Origin: Octopus sinensis
Lineage: Eukaryota
Reading direction: 5' to 3'
NCBI RefSeq assembly: GCF_006345805.1
Contig: NC_043001.1
Location: forward strand, 112,220,001 to 112,284,000
Length of the DNA: 64,000 nt
A model generated the notes under the pieces. It saw nothing but the letters and a program-made list of their open reading frames with translations, searched no databases and was not told the origin of the DNA. Both the position numbers and the translations under genes were made by a program. This document shows, in pieces, positions 50,541-64,000 of the stretch (positions are counted from its first letter, which is position 1; every line of letters begins with the position of its first letter).

Positions 50541-51519
50541 TCATACTCTCCCCTTGATTGTAATTTTCTATTTTTGTCCACCTTATTTGTATTTTCGTGT
50601 TGAACTGATGTCTGTTCTTTTCGTTGTCCACCCGTTTACTTTTATCATTCTTAGTGCATACACACATACGCACACACACACACACACACACATACGCACA
50701 CACACACACACACTCACGGGAGACATGCACTTAAACACACACGCACACAGACACACATACGGGCATATAACCACACCCCTGTAGTGACGTGCTACGAACA
50801 CCGCCTTCCCACTCTCCGCCGCTAATCGATTCCAATACAAAGTCAGCCGTCCCCAACCTGTCCGACTTGAAGTGGTCACCATAGCGAACACTAACTGGAA
50901 GGAAGTACAATTTCGCCCCCTCTGTACGAACGAGCGACGTGTAGTCGTAAACACTCCAGGCAAACACTAAGGAGCAACAACCAACCACTCCAAAATTAGA
51001 ATTTATATTGTAGGTTTTCGCATATATTGTTTTTCTTTTATTTTTGACAGTCGAACTAGTTTCAAGTGTCTTGTCAATATCTCTTGTTTTACCATTTATG
51101 AAGATTTATAAATGATGAGGTATATTAATAGCTGTGTCATTACAATAACGATAGAACGATAACAAGAGTGTCTTTGGCATAGTACTGATGTAGTAATGGT
51201 TATGAATTTCCAATGGTTACGTGAGAATTACAAATGTGACTTTGTGATATCTTTCATATATTGGTTTCAAAATTTGGCACGAAGCCAACGATTTGGGAGC
51301 AGGTGATAAGTCGATTAAATCGATCCTAGTGCTCAATTGGTACTTATTTCATCCACCCTAAAAGGATGAAGCACAAAGATGACCTCGGCGGAATTTGAAC
51401 ACAGAAACTAAACACAGACGAAATGCCGATAAGCATTTTGTCCTGCTGGCTAGCGTCTCTACCAGTACGCTAACATATATATATATATATATATATATAT
51501 CTAATATATTGTTTTCAAA

Positions 51520-51890
51520 TTTTAACACAAGGCCAGCAATTTTAGAAAAGAGGTTAAGCCGATCATTCAATTAATACCTATTTTTATCGACCCCGAAAGA
51601 GTGAAGCACAAAGTTGACCTGGGCGGAATTTGAACTCAAAACGTAAAGACAGACGAAATAGCTATTTCTTTACTACCCACAAGGGTACACAGAGGGGACA
51701 AACAAGGACAGACAAACGGACTAAGTCGATTACATCGACCCCAGTGCGTAACTGGTACTTAATTTATCGACCCCGAAAGTATGAAAGGCAAAGTCGACCT
51801 CGGCGGAATTTGAACTCAGAACGTAACAGCAGACGAAATACGGCTACACATTTCGTCCGGCGTGCTAACGTTTCTACCAGCTCGCCGCCT
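51520..51890 (-). mobile_element. Tandem SINE family A units
   Basis: Two consecutive copies of the family core; another decayed copy at about 51270-51470. Confidence 0.85.
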
Positions 51891-53251
51891 GGACTGTGAT
51901 ATAGTAGTAATTGTCACATTGCAGCAGTTACGGCGTATTAGATGTAGCTTTCTAGTAGTTCTCATATAGTAATGGCTGTGATATGTTCATAAAAGTAGCA
52001 AGGCAACAGATATGACTTCGTAGTTACTGTTATATTAGTTTTGCAATGTCACAATTATTGACGTATCAGTGATTAGAACTATTACGAAGTCACATACGTT
52101 ACTATGCTATCGCTATTGTCGAGACGCAGTTATTAATACACCTCATCATGTTCAGAGTTTCATAAATAGTTAGAAAACACACACACGTGATATTGACAAA
52201 ACACTTGAAACTTGTTCGACTGCCAGAAATAAAAGAAAATTATGTATGTGAAAGACGACACATCGTTCATTCATACACAAAAGGCAAATTTGGACTTCCG
52301 TCCTTTTAGAGTTCGCCATGGTGACTACTTCAAAACAGTCAGCTGGGGACATGGGGCGAGAAAGAAGTGAATTGGAATCGATTAGCACTGGAGCGTCGTT
52401 CATCACACGTCACTGTGGATGTGTGGGTATATGTCAATACAATATCTATGATACGGCAATAACTGTGATTCTAAAATAGCTCTGATGTAATTACTGATGG
52501 TGCATTATCATTGTTTCCTTGCATCAATCGAAGATCAATTTCAATATGATTCTCTGCCATCTCTACCAGGTCGAGCTAACCTATAGATGCACCGTTCTTG
52601 GTTTAACAAGCAGAAAATATACATGTTGGGATTAATAAGAGTTTCCAGATTTTAAACCGTTTCTGCTAATTACACACACACATCTCTTCCAGCCTGCACC
52701 GAAAGGTGGACTTATCCAGGTAGTTTTTCCTAATGCCTCCAACAATGTACCACTCGAGATGCGCAAATTTAAGTGTACTGGATAATTATATAACATACTC
52801 TCTGATATATTAAATCATGTTTTACCTCATGGTTACTCGATCTACGAAATATAGTAGCCACAACTCACTCGGATCATAACTCTAAGTCTCCCCCCCAAAA
52901 AATTAGCAGTGGATAATGTAGACCAATAAACAGCTATATGCAATACGATTGAATACAAAAAGGACAGACAAGTCACGGTTCGATCATTTTTATTATATGT
53001 GTACTAGAATAAAGACTGATCTGGGGCTAAAGAATAACGACTACAAATATCGAAACAACTGCAATGGAATTGAACTCAAAACCAATCAGGTTGTAGTTTC
53101 AAGAATCTTACATTAAGACATTTCACTTCAAGGATTGACAAGATTTGCTATAAATTAAATATACATACATACATACATACATACATACATACATACATAC
53201 ATACATACATACATACATACGTATGTGTGTGTGTGTGAGTGTGTGTGTGTA

Positions 53252-53962
53252 CAGAATACGGTGAATAAACTCTCGTCTAAATCACGCAAAAACGAAAATA
53301 ACACTGACATCTAATTTTAACAGATATATATATATACCAAAGTTGCATAAAAATACCTTGAAATACTAAAGAATAAATTTGTTCAATAAAATTGGCATTG
53401 GCTTCAACGACGGCCTCCAGAGAACTTCGGAATTTCTTGCAACTCTTCTGTTTTAGTTGATGAATGCAGACATATTCCTTGCCTTCACTTCATCTTTCGT
53501 GTTACAAGGAGTTTTCTTGTTCTCTGGTTCAACTGCGCCTCACATATAATAATCAAGGGGTTTGCAGTCTGGGAATTAGGTGACCAGATGTTAGGGGTGA
53601 TATGGTCGCAGAAATTGTCTGACATCTATGACTGGGTTCTCCTGCTTGTGTGGCATGGCGCAGAGTTCTGTTGTCAGGCATAGGGTCTACTACCCTCTTG
53701 ACCCAGAGCAGTACTACCTCCTCCAGGCACTTGATATTACCCTCCGTGTTAAGTCTGAGGCTGTATGGGCAGATGAAAAGAGGCATAATGTCGCCATCAC
53801 TAGTGATCACTTCAAATACCAAGATGTTGACTGGATGTTTGATTTTTACCACTCTTGGTAAATGTCCTCAGATTGCACTGTCCTTAGATTGACACTCAAA
53901 AGTCTGAAATGTTTGTTTTGGAGGTTCCGGTGCGAATTTCAAGCAGTACAGCATGTCGTTTC
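53252..53962 (-). mobile_element. Internally deleted maT (DD37D) copy
   Basis: ORF 53553..53852 VKIKHPVNILVFEVITSDGDIMP...KCLEEVVL matches 31774-33054. The TIR-side end matches 33000-33054; 53880-53962 matches its 5' region. Confidence 0.8.
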
Positions 53963-54684
53963 TATATATATATATATAATATATATATATATGTACTTTT
54001 AAGTCTATAATTAGTTATATTGAGTACTTGTAACTGTGGTATATAGAACATGTTTAATCTATTTTAACTATAATGATAGAACGTCTGCCATGTTTATATC
54101 CAAGAGGCTGGTCATAACCCAGTACTTATATGCTATTATGTATACCTTTTTTCCACTTCGAGTTCTACAGTTAAGAACGATATATGTATATACATGCTTA
54201 TATATATATGTGCGGGTATGTGTGTGTGTGTCTGTGTGTGTGTGTACACATATATATATGTGTGTGTGTATGTGTCTGTATGTATGTATAGCAATAGCGT
54301 GGAATCTCGCTCTCAGTATTGGATGACCACTGGGACTGAGGCATCCCTTAGCATTTGATGAATCATGTCTGTAGGACAATGTCACTTTGATATAAAACCA
54401 GACATACAGAGAATGTCATTGAATATTTCGGGGATCTTGGCACTGGACATTTTGTCCTGGCTCGTCCCTGGATGATCTCAGTAGTGTGGAAAGGGCCTGT
54501 GAGGTGCTGTGGAAACCTGATTGCACCTAAAACTAAGTTCTGCAAATTTCAGGCGTGGCGACCTAACAATGCCCGGTCGAGTACCGGATGAAGTCGACTG
54601 CTGGTTCAATAACCTCATGCACGCATATAGCTGGCGTTTTGCAATGACAATGGTCAGTGATGGTCTCGGTCAAAGGTATACAAT

Positions 54685-54715
<31 letters not shown>

Positions 54716-54717
54716 TA

Positions 54718-54767
<50 letters not shown>

Positions 54768-54893
54768 CCAAGAGTATCAGCGAAATTTGCATCTAACTAT
54801 TCTGATCCATATATGTAACTCGTATACATACATATACATATATATACACATATATAAATGAATAGCATGTATGCACATATGAATGTATGTGTG

Positions 54894-54934
<41 letters not shown>

Positions 54935-55783
54935 GCACGTACATGCATAAAACTTCATACACAAACACACACTCACACACAAATATAAACATACATACGC
55001 ACATATACACATAGACACATGTAAGTGCGCGCGCAGGCGCACACATACACACATAATAGGTGGAGGAGACACGTAGAATCAGACGAATAACAAAAATTAA
55101 GTTGAGAATAATCCGAAGAATTTAAGAATCTTCCTGGCACTCAACCATGATATCTGCTCTGGACTTCCTGTCGACAGATCTCCTTCAAACTGTCAAAGAT
55201 CCCAACATTCTCTAAATTCAACTTTTTTTTTAAAAAAAAAAAAACGTAATTCAAGGATTTTCTTCTTATTAAATTGCTTCTCGACCAATGCATCTTCTTG
55301 CAATCATCTCGACTCCTTTTCAAATTCTTCACCTCCTATCTCTGTATCCATCCCTCTGTCTTCTTTTCTCTCTGTCTGTTTGTATATATATATATCTATT
55401 TCTCTCTCTCCCCCCTCTCTCATCTGTCTCACTCCCTCTCAAATTTTCCCCTCTCTCCCGTTTCATTCTCTCTCTATATATATACTTCTATTTATATATA
55501 TTTCTCGCGTCTTTGTGTCTATTCTGTCTACCCGTGTGTTTCTTGCTGTCTGTCTGTCTGTCCATCTCTCTCTCTTTCTTTCTTTCTTCTCCTCTCTGTC
55601 AAGTAGTGAAATCCAATGATAAGCAGCACTAATACACAAATATTTTTTCACATGCTTCTTTCAAACCAAAATAAAAAACAACGAATAAAAAATCTTACCA
55701 AAACCATCGAAAATGCAAAATAATTTCTTACATAACAACAGCCAAACTGATCGTCATAATGATGATGATGGTGATAATGATGG

Positions 55784-55814
<31 letters not shown>

Positions 55815-56338
55815 AATAGCGATGACGAAGAGGGACGAAATATACAATAGTGGCATTAACGTCTTTCTCAAAGACCATTTGTGATTCTGGTTCCATGGAT
55901 CATCTTGAAAGATTAACTGGAATCGAACCCGAGGCTCGCTCGTTGTTTCTCAGAGTGCATAACAATAAGGAACAACAACAACAACAACAACAACAACAAC
56001 TAAAATAGTTGCAGCAGTAGTAGTTGTTGTTGTTGTTGTTGTTGCTGTTGATGCTGTATTCCTGTAGGAATAATGGCAGATTAAGACATTAGGATGCCGG
56101 CAGAAAATATTTCTTTTTAATATAATTAAAATATTTAAAATGTTTTCTTTCTCATATTTTTTTTTTAATTCAAAAACAATATAAAACAATACTCTCATTG
56201 CACCATGTGAAATTCCCGAAAATGTTTAAGAGCTTTAAAATTCTCTTTCTTTTTTTCATTTTTTTGCTCTTTTTCGCTCCCCCCCCCCCGCGAAACAATT
56301 ATATATTTTTCCTTCTGGTTTTCTCGTCGCACTTGGTC

Positions 56339-56381
<43 letters not shown>

Positions 56382-57860
56382 CATTTATAGGTTTATTTAT
56401 ATAATTATGTAACATTTATTTATCTACATACAGATACTTATTTATTTTCACGCGTATATACGCGTATATACTTATATATATTTATATATATTTATTTATA
56501 TATATTTATATATATTTATTTATCTATTATAATGTCATTATTATCATTATTAGTTTTAAATGACGCAATCAGAGAAGATGCGCATAAAATAGTTTAAATT
56601 GTACAGATATTTTCTCTTGTCACCTGAAGTATCTGATTTTTCATGACCGCAAGGACTTGTAAATAACGGTTTCCTTTTATCTTCGTTTGTACTAAGGTTT
56701 GGTTCCTACGGAAGGCGTCAAGCTGGTATTTACAAAATTTCTCCTGCTTAATAAGGTTGAATGTCAACGTGACCTTAAGATTTCGCTCTCTATTGTTTCT
56801 CATTGAAAATAGAACAATTCAAATATGGTCTCAGAGAACGAATTCCATTTCATCTAAATTTTTTTAATCCTCCTTTCCTTCCTCTCTATGTTTGTTTCTC
56901 TTCCTCTCTCCCCCCCTCTCTCTCTCTCTCTCTCTTTGGTACTTCTGCCATTACCACAAGCTATCACGATGTGTTGTAATTTATTGCAGATTTTAATTCC
57001 TCAAACGGTACGAGATCTCTTTCACACTGGATACGACCTGTGCTTTTAGAAAAACATTATATCGCCACAAGCTAACGAACCACTCTGTTAGAAACAGCAG
57101 TCATATATTCCTCAAATGACATTCTACGGTTTTAAGCCACAAAAGGACGTATGGCTAATGTAGTAGTCACTAATATACAAAAATATGGATGGGTCTTGGA
57201 CGGATCGTCATTAACGATAGTTTTGCTTGCTCAGTGATAATTTTGATTGTAGTCTTTGGATCCGAGGAAGAGAATTTTCTGAAGTTACTTGTTGAACGAA
57301 CTGCGAAAATGATTTGTTTATAGAAATCAAATGCTTACGTTGTACATACGCTTACAACCCCCACCCAATTGGCATTGCCTGATCAGGTGCAGGTTATGCT
57401 ACACGTTAGTCGTGAAACTAATCATAGAACTACGTGAGACAAAGTGGCTTGCTCACGATCACGAAGCACCACCCGCGCAAGAATCGAACCCGCGATCCCG
57501 CGAACGTGAATACAACACTCTATCCACTGGGTCACTCGCCTTCAATGTAAACAACAGCCACAACAACAACAGCAAGCGGCGGGAGCAGCAACAAGCAACA
57601 ACAACAACAACAACAACAACCGCAACAAACAAACAAAAAAACATGAATGACAATCTCCTAATAATACGAAACGTCTCTTTCCGGCCGGTAGATCGATGAT
57701 ATTTTATTCTAGTAAGATCGATAATCGATACATAAATATCTATTATGTATCTGTAATCGAAATGCCGATGGACGAATGAAATCAGTAAGATGGTCGAACA
57801 AAACAAATCGTGGTGTTTCGTTCCATTTCATACGGTGTCAAATACACTCAGAATGGAGGT

Positions 57861-57899
<39 letters not shown>

Positions 57900-57907
57900 A
57901 GAGTGAT

Positions 57908-58036
57908 GGTGGTAGTTGGGTGGTGGTAGTTGGGTGGTGGTAGTTGGGAGGTGGTAGTTGGGAGGTGGTAGTTGGGTGGTGGTAGTTGGGAGGTGGTAGT
58001 TGGGAGGTGGTAGTTGGGTGGTGGTAGTTGGGAGGT
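57908..58036. repeat. 15-bp minisatellite GGTGGTAGTTGGG(T/A), about 8-9 units
   Basis: Direct tandem units inside a trinucleotide tract. Confidence 0.85.
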
Positions 58037-58079
58037 GGTAGTAGTAGTAGTAGTAATAGGAGGAGGAGGAGGAGGGGCA

Positions 58080-58116
<37 letters not shown>

Positions 58117-58534
58117 CAGTAGTAGTAGTAGTAGTAGCAGTAGTAGTAGTAGTAGAGTGTTGGCAGTGGTTGTGGTAGTTGTTATTGTTGTTAATGACAT
58201 ACAATAAAATAGATCAGCGCCACATTACGGTAATGTTGTGGTCATTCGTGAAATTTGGACCAAATGTGCCATTTAGCCCATACCGCTATCATTACGTCAA
58301 AAGTTGCGGAGGGGTAGAGAGCGAAAGGGAGTGAAAGGGAGGGAGGGAGAGAGAGAGGAGGTAAAAGACAGAAAGAAAGAGAGTGCTGTGTGTGTGAGGG
58401 ATAGAGGGAGAGAGAGAGAAAGAAAGAGAGTTGTATGTGTGCGTATGAGAGAAGAGAAGAGAGATGATGTGTATGTGTGTGTGTGAGAGGTGTATGAGAG
58501 AGTGCTGTGTGTGCGAGAGAGAGATTTAGGGAGC

Positions 58535-58581
<47 letters not shown>

Positions 58582-59512
58582 TTGATTGTGTGAGAAAGTG
58601 TGTTTGTGCACGCATGAGAAAAAGCGAGAGTATGCGAGAGTGTGTAAAAGGGAGAGTGATGGTCTGTGAGAGCGATGTCTGTATGTGTAATGAGTGTGTG
58701 TATCTGCGTTTGACAGAGATTGAGAAAGACCGAGAGAGAGAGAGAAGGAGAGACAGAGAGACAGACAGTGACGGACGGACACTCAGACAAGCAGGCAATC
58801 AGACAAAGTTTGCATGCGAGAGAAAGATAACACAGAATAAAAGTGAAACAAAAGTACCTTTACTGGATGAATGGCTCCTTCTATAAACTAATACGTAACC
58901 TTAAACACAACCTCGCTACCGGTTCTTATCAAAAGCCATTAATTCTTTCGTGCGTTTAAACGCGGAATCCTCACAGCGCTCGTATTTGTTCAATAATCAC
59001 AGACTACAAGGATATGTCACAGAGATCTGGCACCAATTCGTCAGCAAAATGGCCAAGTGTCTTACATGTTACACCAATATTGAAAGAAGGTTTAATTGGC
59101 CTTTCCTGAGCATCTGCTGTTATTTCTATTTAACGCACGATTTTGAAACCGTTGGTTTACCGTTATTACGCTGTCATTTTTGAAATTCCTTCCCAGCACT
59201 TCCCTACCACATACACGTCCAAGCTTCCTACCAAACCCTACTACTCCAACATAAGTTATAAACTTATATATATCTTTATATATAAAAGGCATAAGTGTTT
59301 ATGTTCATAAAATATATTTCCTATGTTGTATTGAAACAATTGTAACAAAAGAATTAAAAATGCCATAAATTCGAGTCTTTATTTAAGCATGCAAAATTCT
59401 TAATTGATTTATTCAGTTTATTTCTTGATTTATTAATGTAATCGTCATCATTATTATTATGGGTTCTAATTACAAAGTCTTGAAACTTTTACTTCTAAAC
59501 TTTTCTAGTGTT

Positions 59513-59562
<50 letters not shown>

Positions 59563-59910
59563 GTGTGTGTGTGTGTGTTTGTGTGTGTCTGTGTGCGTGC
59601 GTATCCTAAGGGAGACAGACTTCTGAGTTTCTTCCAACTGAACAGATCTCAGGTTACACAACTGCAGTGATAAACTTATTGCTCTCTCTCTCTCCTACAC
59701 CTCTCTTTTTCTCCTTCCTCTCCCTTCCTCCTCTGTCTATCTATCTACTTATCTACCTTTCTTTCTGTCTATTTGTATGTGTGTCTATCTATCCATATGT
59801 GTATTCTCTCTTTCTTGCTCTCTCTCTCTTCTCTCTCTTTTTCTCTCTTTTCTCTCTTTTTCTCTCTCTCCATCGATCCTTGCATCCATCCATCCATCCA
59901 TCCATCCATC

Positions 59911-59962
<52 letters not shown>

Positions 59963-60051
59963 CTCTATCTGTTTGTCTGCGTGCCTGTCTATCTATCTGT
60001 CTATCTATTTATCTATCTGTCTGTCAGTTTATCTATCCATCTGTCTGTCTT

Positions 60052-60082
<31 letters not shown>

Positions 60083-60922
60083 GTTTATCATTTCTTTTCT
60101 TCATCGTTATTTCATTTCATTCTCCTTTTATGTGATTTCACATCCCCGTTTTACCTCATTTCTCTTGCATTATATTTTCTTTTCTATTTTTCTCTCCAAC
60201 ATTCTTTCTCCTCGTTTTTAACCTCATTTTCTCAATAATTCTCGTAACTCTGTAGCAAAATGAATGCTTCAGCTTTTATTCCACACATTCTCCTTTACCC
60301 ACACCTTCACCTCTACTGCACAAACCATTCACCAAGCCCGCTTTACCAATCTGTTTTTCCCTCTGGTTTAAATGGCTTTTGGGATAAATAAAGTGGATCA
60401 ATAGATAACATGTTGTCAGGCTTGTGACACCATTAAAGGTACAAGATTTGACCTTTCGGTCAAAGCCAACAGCACGACTGACGGCATACTGCACTTGAAG
60501 CTGTCAATCAGAGAAACATGTGGCGATAGTAGGAGGTTGAACATATTCACAGATCGACAGATCAAATCATGCCACGATTAACTAAACTATTGTTGTAATC
60601 GTTATTTATTCTGACCAGTTGTTGTTGCTTTTGTTGTTGTTGCTGCTGCTGCTGCTGTTGTTGTTGCTGTTGATGCTACAGTTGTTATATGTTCTCTCTT
60701 ATCTATCAGTTTGTTTCAGTCATTTCACTCTGGCCATGCTGGGGCGCTGCCTTGTTTGGTTTTAGTCGAACGACTTGACCCCAGCAGGACTTACCTTTTT
60801 AAATCTAATCAATATTTATTCTAACGGTCTCTTTTGCCAAATCGCTAAATTACGGGGAAGTAAACATACCAGCACCGTTGTCAAGCGGTTGTGCTGGATA
60901 ACACAAACACATACACACACAC

Positions 60923-61013
<91 letters not shown>

Positions 61014-61233
61014 CTATATATATATATATATGCATATATGCGTGTGTGTCTCTGTGTGTGTATACAACGGGCTTCTTTCAATTTCCGTCAATCAATCCAT
61101 CACACGGCTTTGGTCGTCCCGAGGCTATAGTGGAAGACACTTGCCCAAGATGCCACTACACCTACACACATTTTTTAAATTCCATAGGCGTTGTTATTGT
61201 AGTCGTAGCAGCAGCAGCAGCAATAGCAGTAGT

Positions 61234-61311
<78 letters not shown>

Positions 61312-61811
61312 TGTTGGTGTTGTTGTTGTTGTTATTGTTGTTGTTGTTGTTTTTCTTATGGCTGTAGCTGATGTTCTTTATAAATGATGATGTTGCAGTT
61401 ACTTTAGCTGATGTTGAAGAATACGCATTGATATGCAGTACAACATACATACGGTATTTAAAAATAAATAATTTTATAAGCAATTAGAAAAGAAAATCAG
61501 GTTCAGAAAAAAAAAGAAATGCTATTAAAGATAGATTTCAGGTGTAGATAAATTAAAACTTTGGCTGGTGTGTTCACGTCCCTGTAACTTAGCGGTTCGG
61601 CAAAATACACCGATAGAATAAGTACTAGGCTTACGAAGAATAAGTCCTGGAGTCGATTAGCTCGACTAAAGGTAGTACTTCAGCATGGCCGCAGTCAAAT
61701 GACTGAAACAAGTAAAAGAGTAAGAAAAAGAAATCCCGAAATACAACAATATTTGTTTCAATACACGATTTCACATCAGCAATCTTGCAAATCGAATTGA
61801 TAAACATAGTA

Positions 61812-62172
61812 GAAGCACTCCGTCGGTTACGACGAGGGTTCCGGTTGATCCAATCAACGGAACAGCCTGCTCGTGAAATTAACGTGTAAGTGGCTGAGCA
61901 CTCCACAGACACGTTCACCCTTAACGTAGTTCTCGGGGATATTCAGCGTGACACAGAGAGTGACAAGGCCGGCCCCTTGAAATACAGGTACAACAGAAAC
62001 AGGAAGTAAGATTGAGAGAAAGTTGCGGTGAAAGAGTACAGCAGGGATCACCACCATCCCCTGCTGGAGCCTCGTGGAGCTTTAGGTGCTTTCGCTTAAT
62101 AAACACTCACAACGCCCGGTCTGGGAATCGAAACCGCGATCCTGCGACCGCGAGTCCGCTGCCCTAACCACT
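61812..62172 (-). mobile_element. tRNA-derived SINE family B
   Basis: High similarity to 33832-34215; the head is slightly truncated. Confidence 0.9.
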
Positions 62173-62571
62173 AATCAACATAAGTATGCATATATATATA
62201 TATTTACTCACTCCAATCCTGATATTTATTGCAGTATTATCGTGGCATGATTTGATCTGTCGATCTGTGAATATGTTCAACCTCCTACCATGTGGTTGAG
62301 ATGAATAAAAGAATAAAAGAATGTATATATATATGTCTGTCGTAGGTCAACCGACACGTTGAAATGCAACTCTCTTTTGGAAAGTTCTACCCGGATGAAA
62401 TACCTAATTAACCAGTTTCAAAATGAAAATTTAATTTAATTTAATATAATATAATTTAATTTAATTTCTGTAATTGAAGTAATTGGATATGAAAAAGGCT
62501 GTAGGACGGGAATTTCATTATATGAATATCTTTAGATAAACTGTCTGCATGTCAACTTTGTCCATTTTCTT

Positions 62572-62607
<36 letters not shown>

Positions 62608-63499
62608 TATATTAATAATAAAATAAAACATTGCATATATATAAACATATATGTACGTACCTACCTCTACATGTACATATACACGCATATATGAGTACAG
62701 ACAACCAAAGGGGACGTCGAACACAAAGAGAACGAAAACATAGACACAACCAACAACTGGACATTTTTTTCACAAACCAAAAATAGAGTACAGGACAATT
62801 AACACAAAAAAAAACCCCTTCTTCAGTCGCATGGTTCATCTACTCTACTTTTCGAAGGATAAAAGCGAGAGACGTATCTTCGACAAAAACTTCCTTCCTG
62901 CGAAAAGCAATCAATTAAATTCTGAGATCTTTTCGCAGAGGGGTAAAAATGGTACAAAAACAATGCTTCGAGACGCGTGCTTATAGTGATGAATTTAATG
63001 TGGTTATTAACAATTTAAGTCTATTTTTTCTTTGCCCTGTTTATAAGATGTTTATAATTTAGCCTTAAAGGTATTTTTTAATATGCTGGCCATTGATAAA
63101 ATTTTTTTCGAAAATTTAATCATATATTAGATGTCTTAGAATTTTATTTTATATATATATATATATAATATATATATATATAATATATATATATATATTA
63201 TATATATATATATGTATAGTATAAATGCAAAAATGGAACAAGACCGCAAAGCATCCAGACTGGTGATACAAAAAAGGGACAACAAAACATCCCGACAGAC
63301 GATACAAAGAAAGCAAGGACGGGTCATTTGGATATTTCTTTCCTCAGTCGAGTTCCAGATTATCTTTGCAATTTCGGTTGGTTATACTACATACATATAT
63401 ATATATGTGTGTGTCTGTGTGTGTGTATACATACATATATGTATATATCGGGACCCCCTTCGGTCATGAATGACCATGAGATTACCCCCCGAGGCACAA

Positions 63500-63784
<285 letters not shown>

Positions 63785-64000
63785 CGTTTAGGTGCTGTAG
63801 ATGAGTTCAGTAAAAATTTATATACAGATGAATATGACACTAAGTAGAGACACCAGAATTTAGTACGGTATTATCCAAACAATTTTCAAAATAGGTGATT
63901 AAAATCAATATATACAACAAGGATATACAGAGGGAATGCAGTACGATCGTTTCACGCAATTCCATTTAATTGAACAATGTAAACATTACATCAATTTAAA

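Noticed and set aside
62815-62830. Minus-strand CTGAAGAAGGG in a Penelope-like repeat
   Set aside because: No downstream GAAA or stem III; truncated.

Overview
AT-rich, extremely microsatellite-dense eukaryotic DNA with one 100-N scaffold gap. The SINE families and repeat style point to an octopus (cephalopod) intron or gene desert; the species is an inference. No complete protein-coding gene is visible, and almost all long ORFs in the track are translations of simple repeats. Recognisable content: (i) a 5'-truncated, intronless cytosolic HSP70/HSC70 C-terminal fragment ending GPTIEEVD, whose flanks recur 5.4 kb away as an empty site; (ii) decayed Tc1/mariner elements (a DD36E-spaced Tc1, another Tc1, two DD37D maT copies, a mariner 3'-3' foldback, Tigger-like MITEs); (iii) three R4/Dong-type RLE LINE fragments beside (TAA)n arrays, each next to a non-coding (TAA)-tailed element, plus an L1/Tx1 RT fragment; (iv) many tRNA-derived SINEs. 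The most striking unannotated signal is a set of minimal type I hammerhead ribozymes of at least five sequence families with palindromic stem III, of the kind known from Penelope-like elements. Several sit in head-to-head foldbacks. One family has a G3:C8 swap of the invariant C3:G8 tertiary pair. Other observations: a recent inverted duplication, a perfect 50-bp long-range inverted repeat, and several low-confidence minus-strand terminal-exon candidates.
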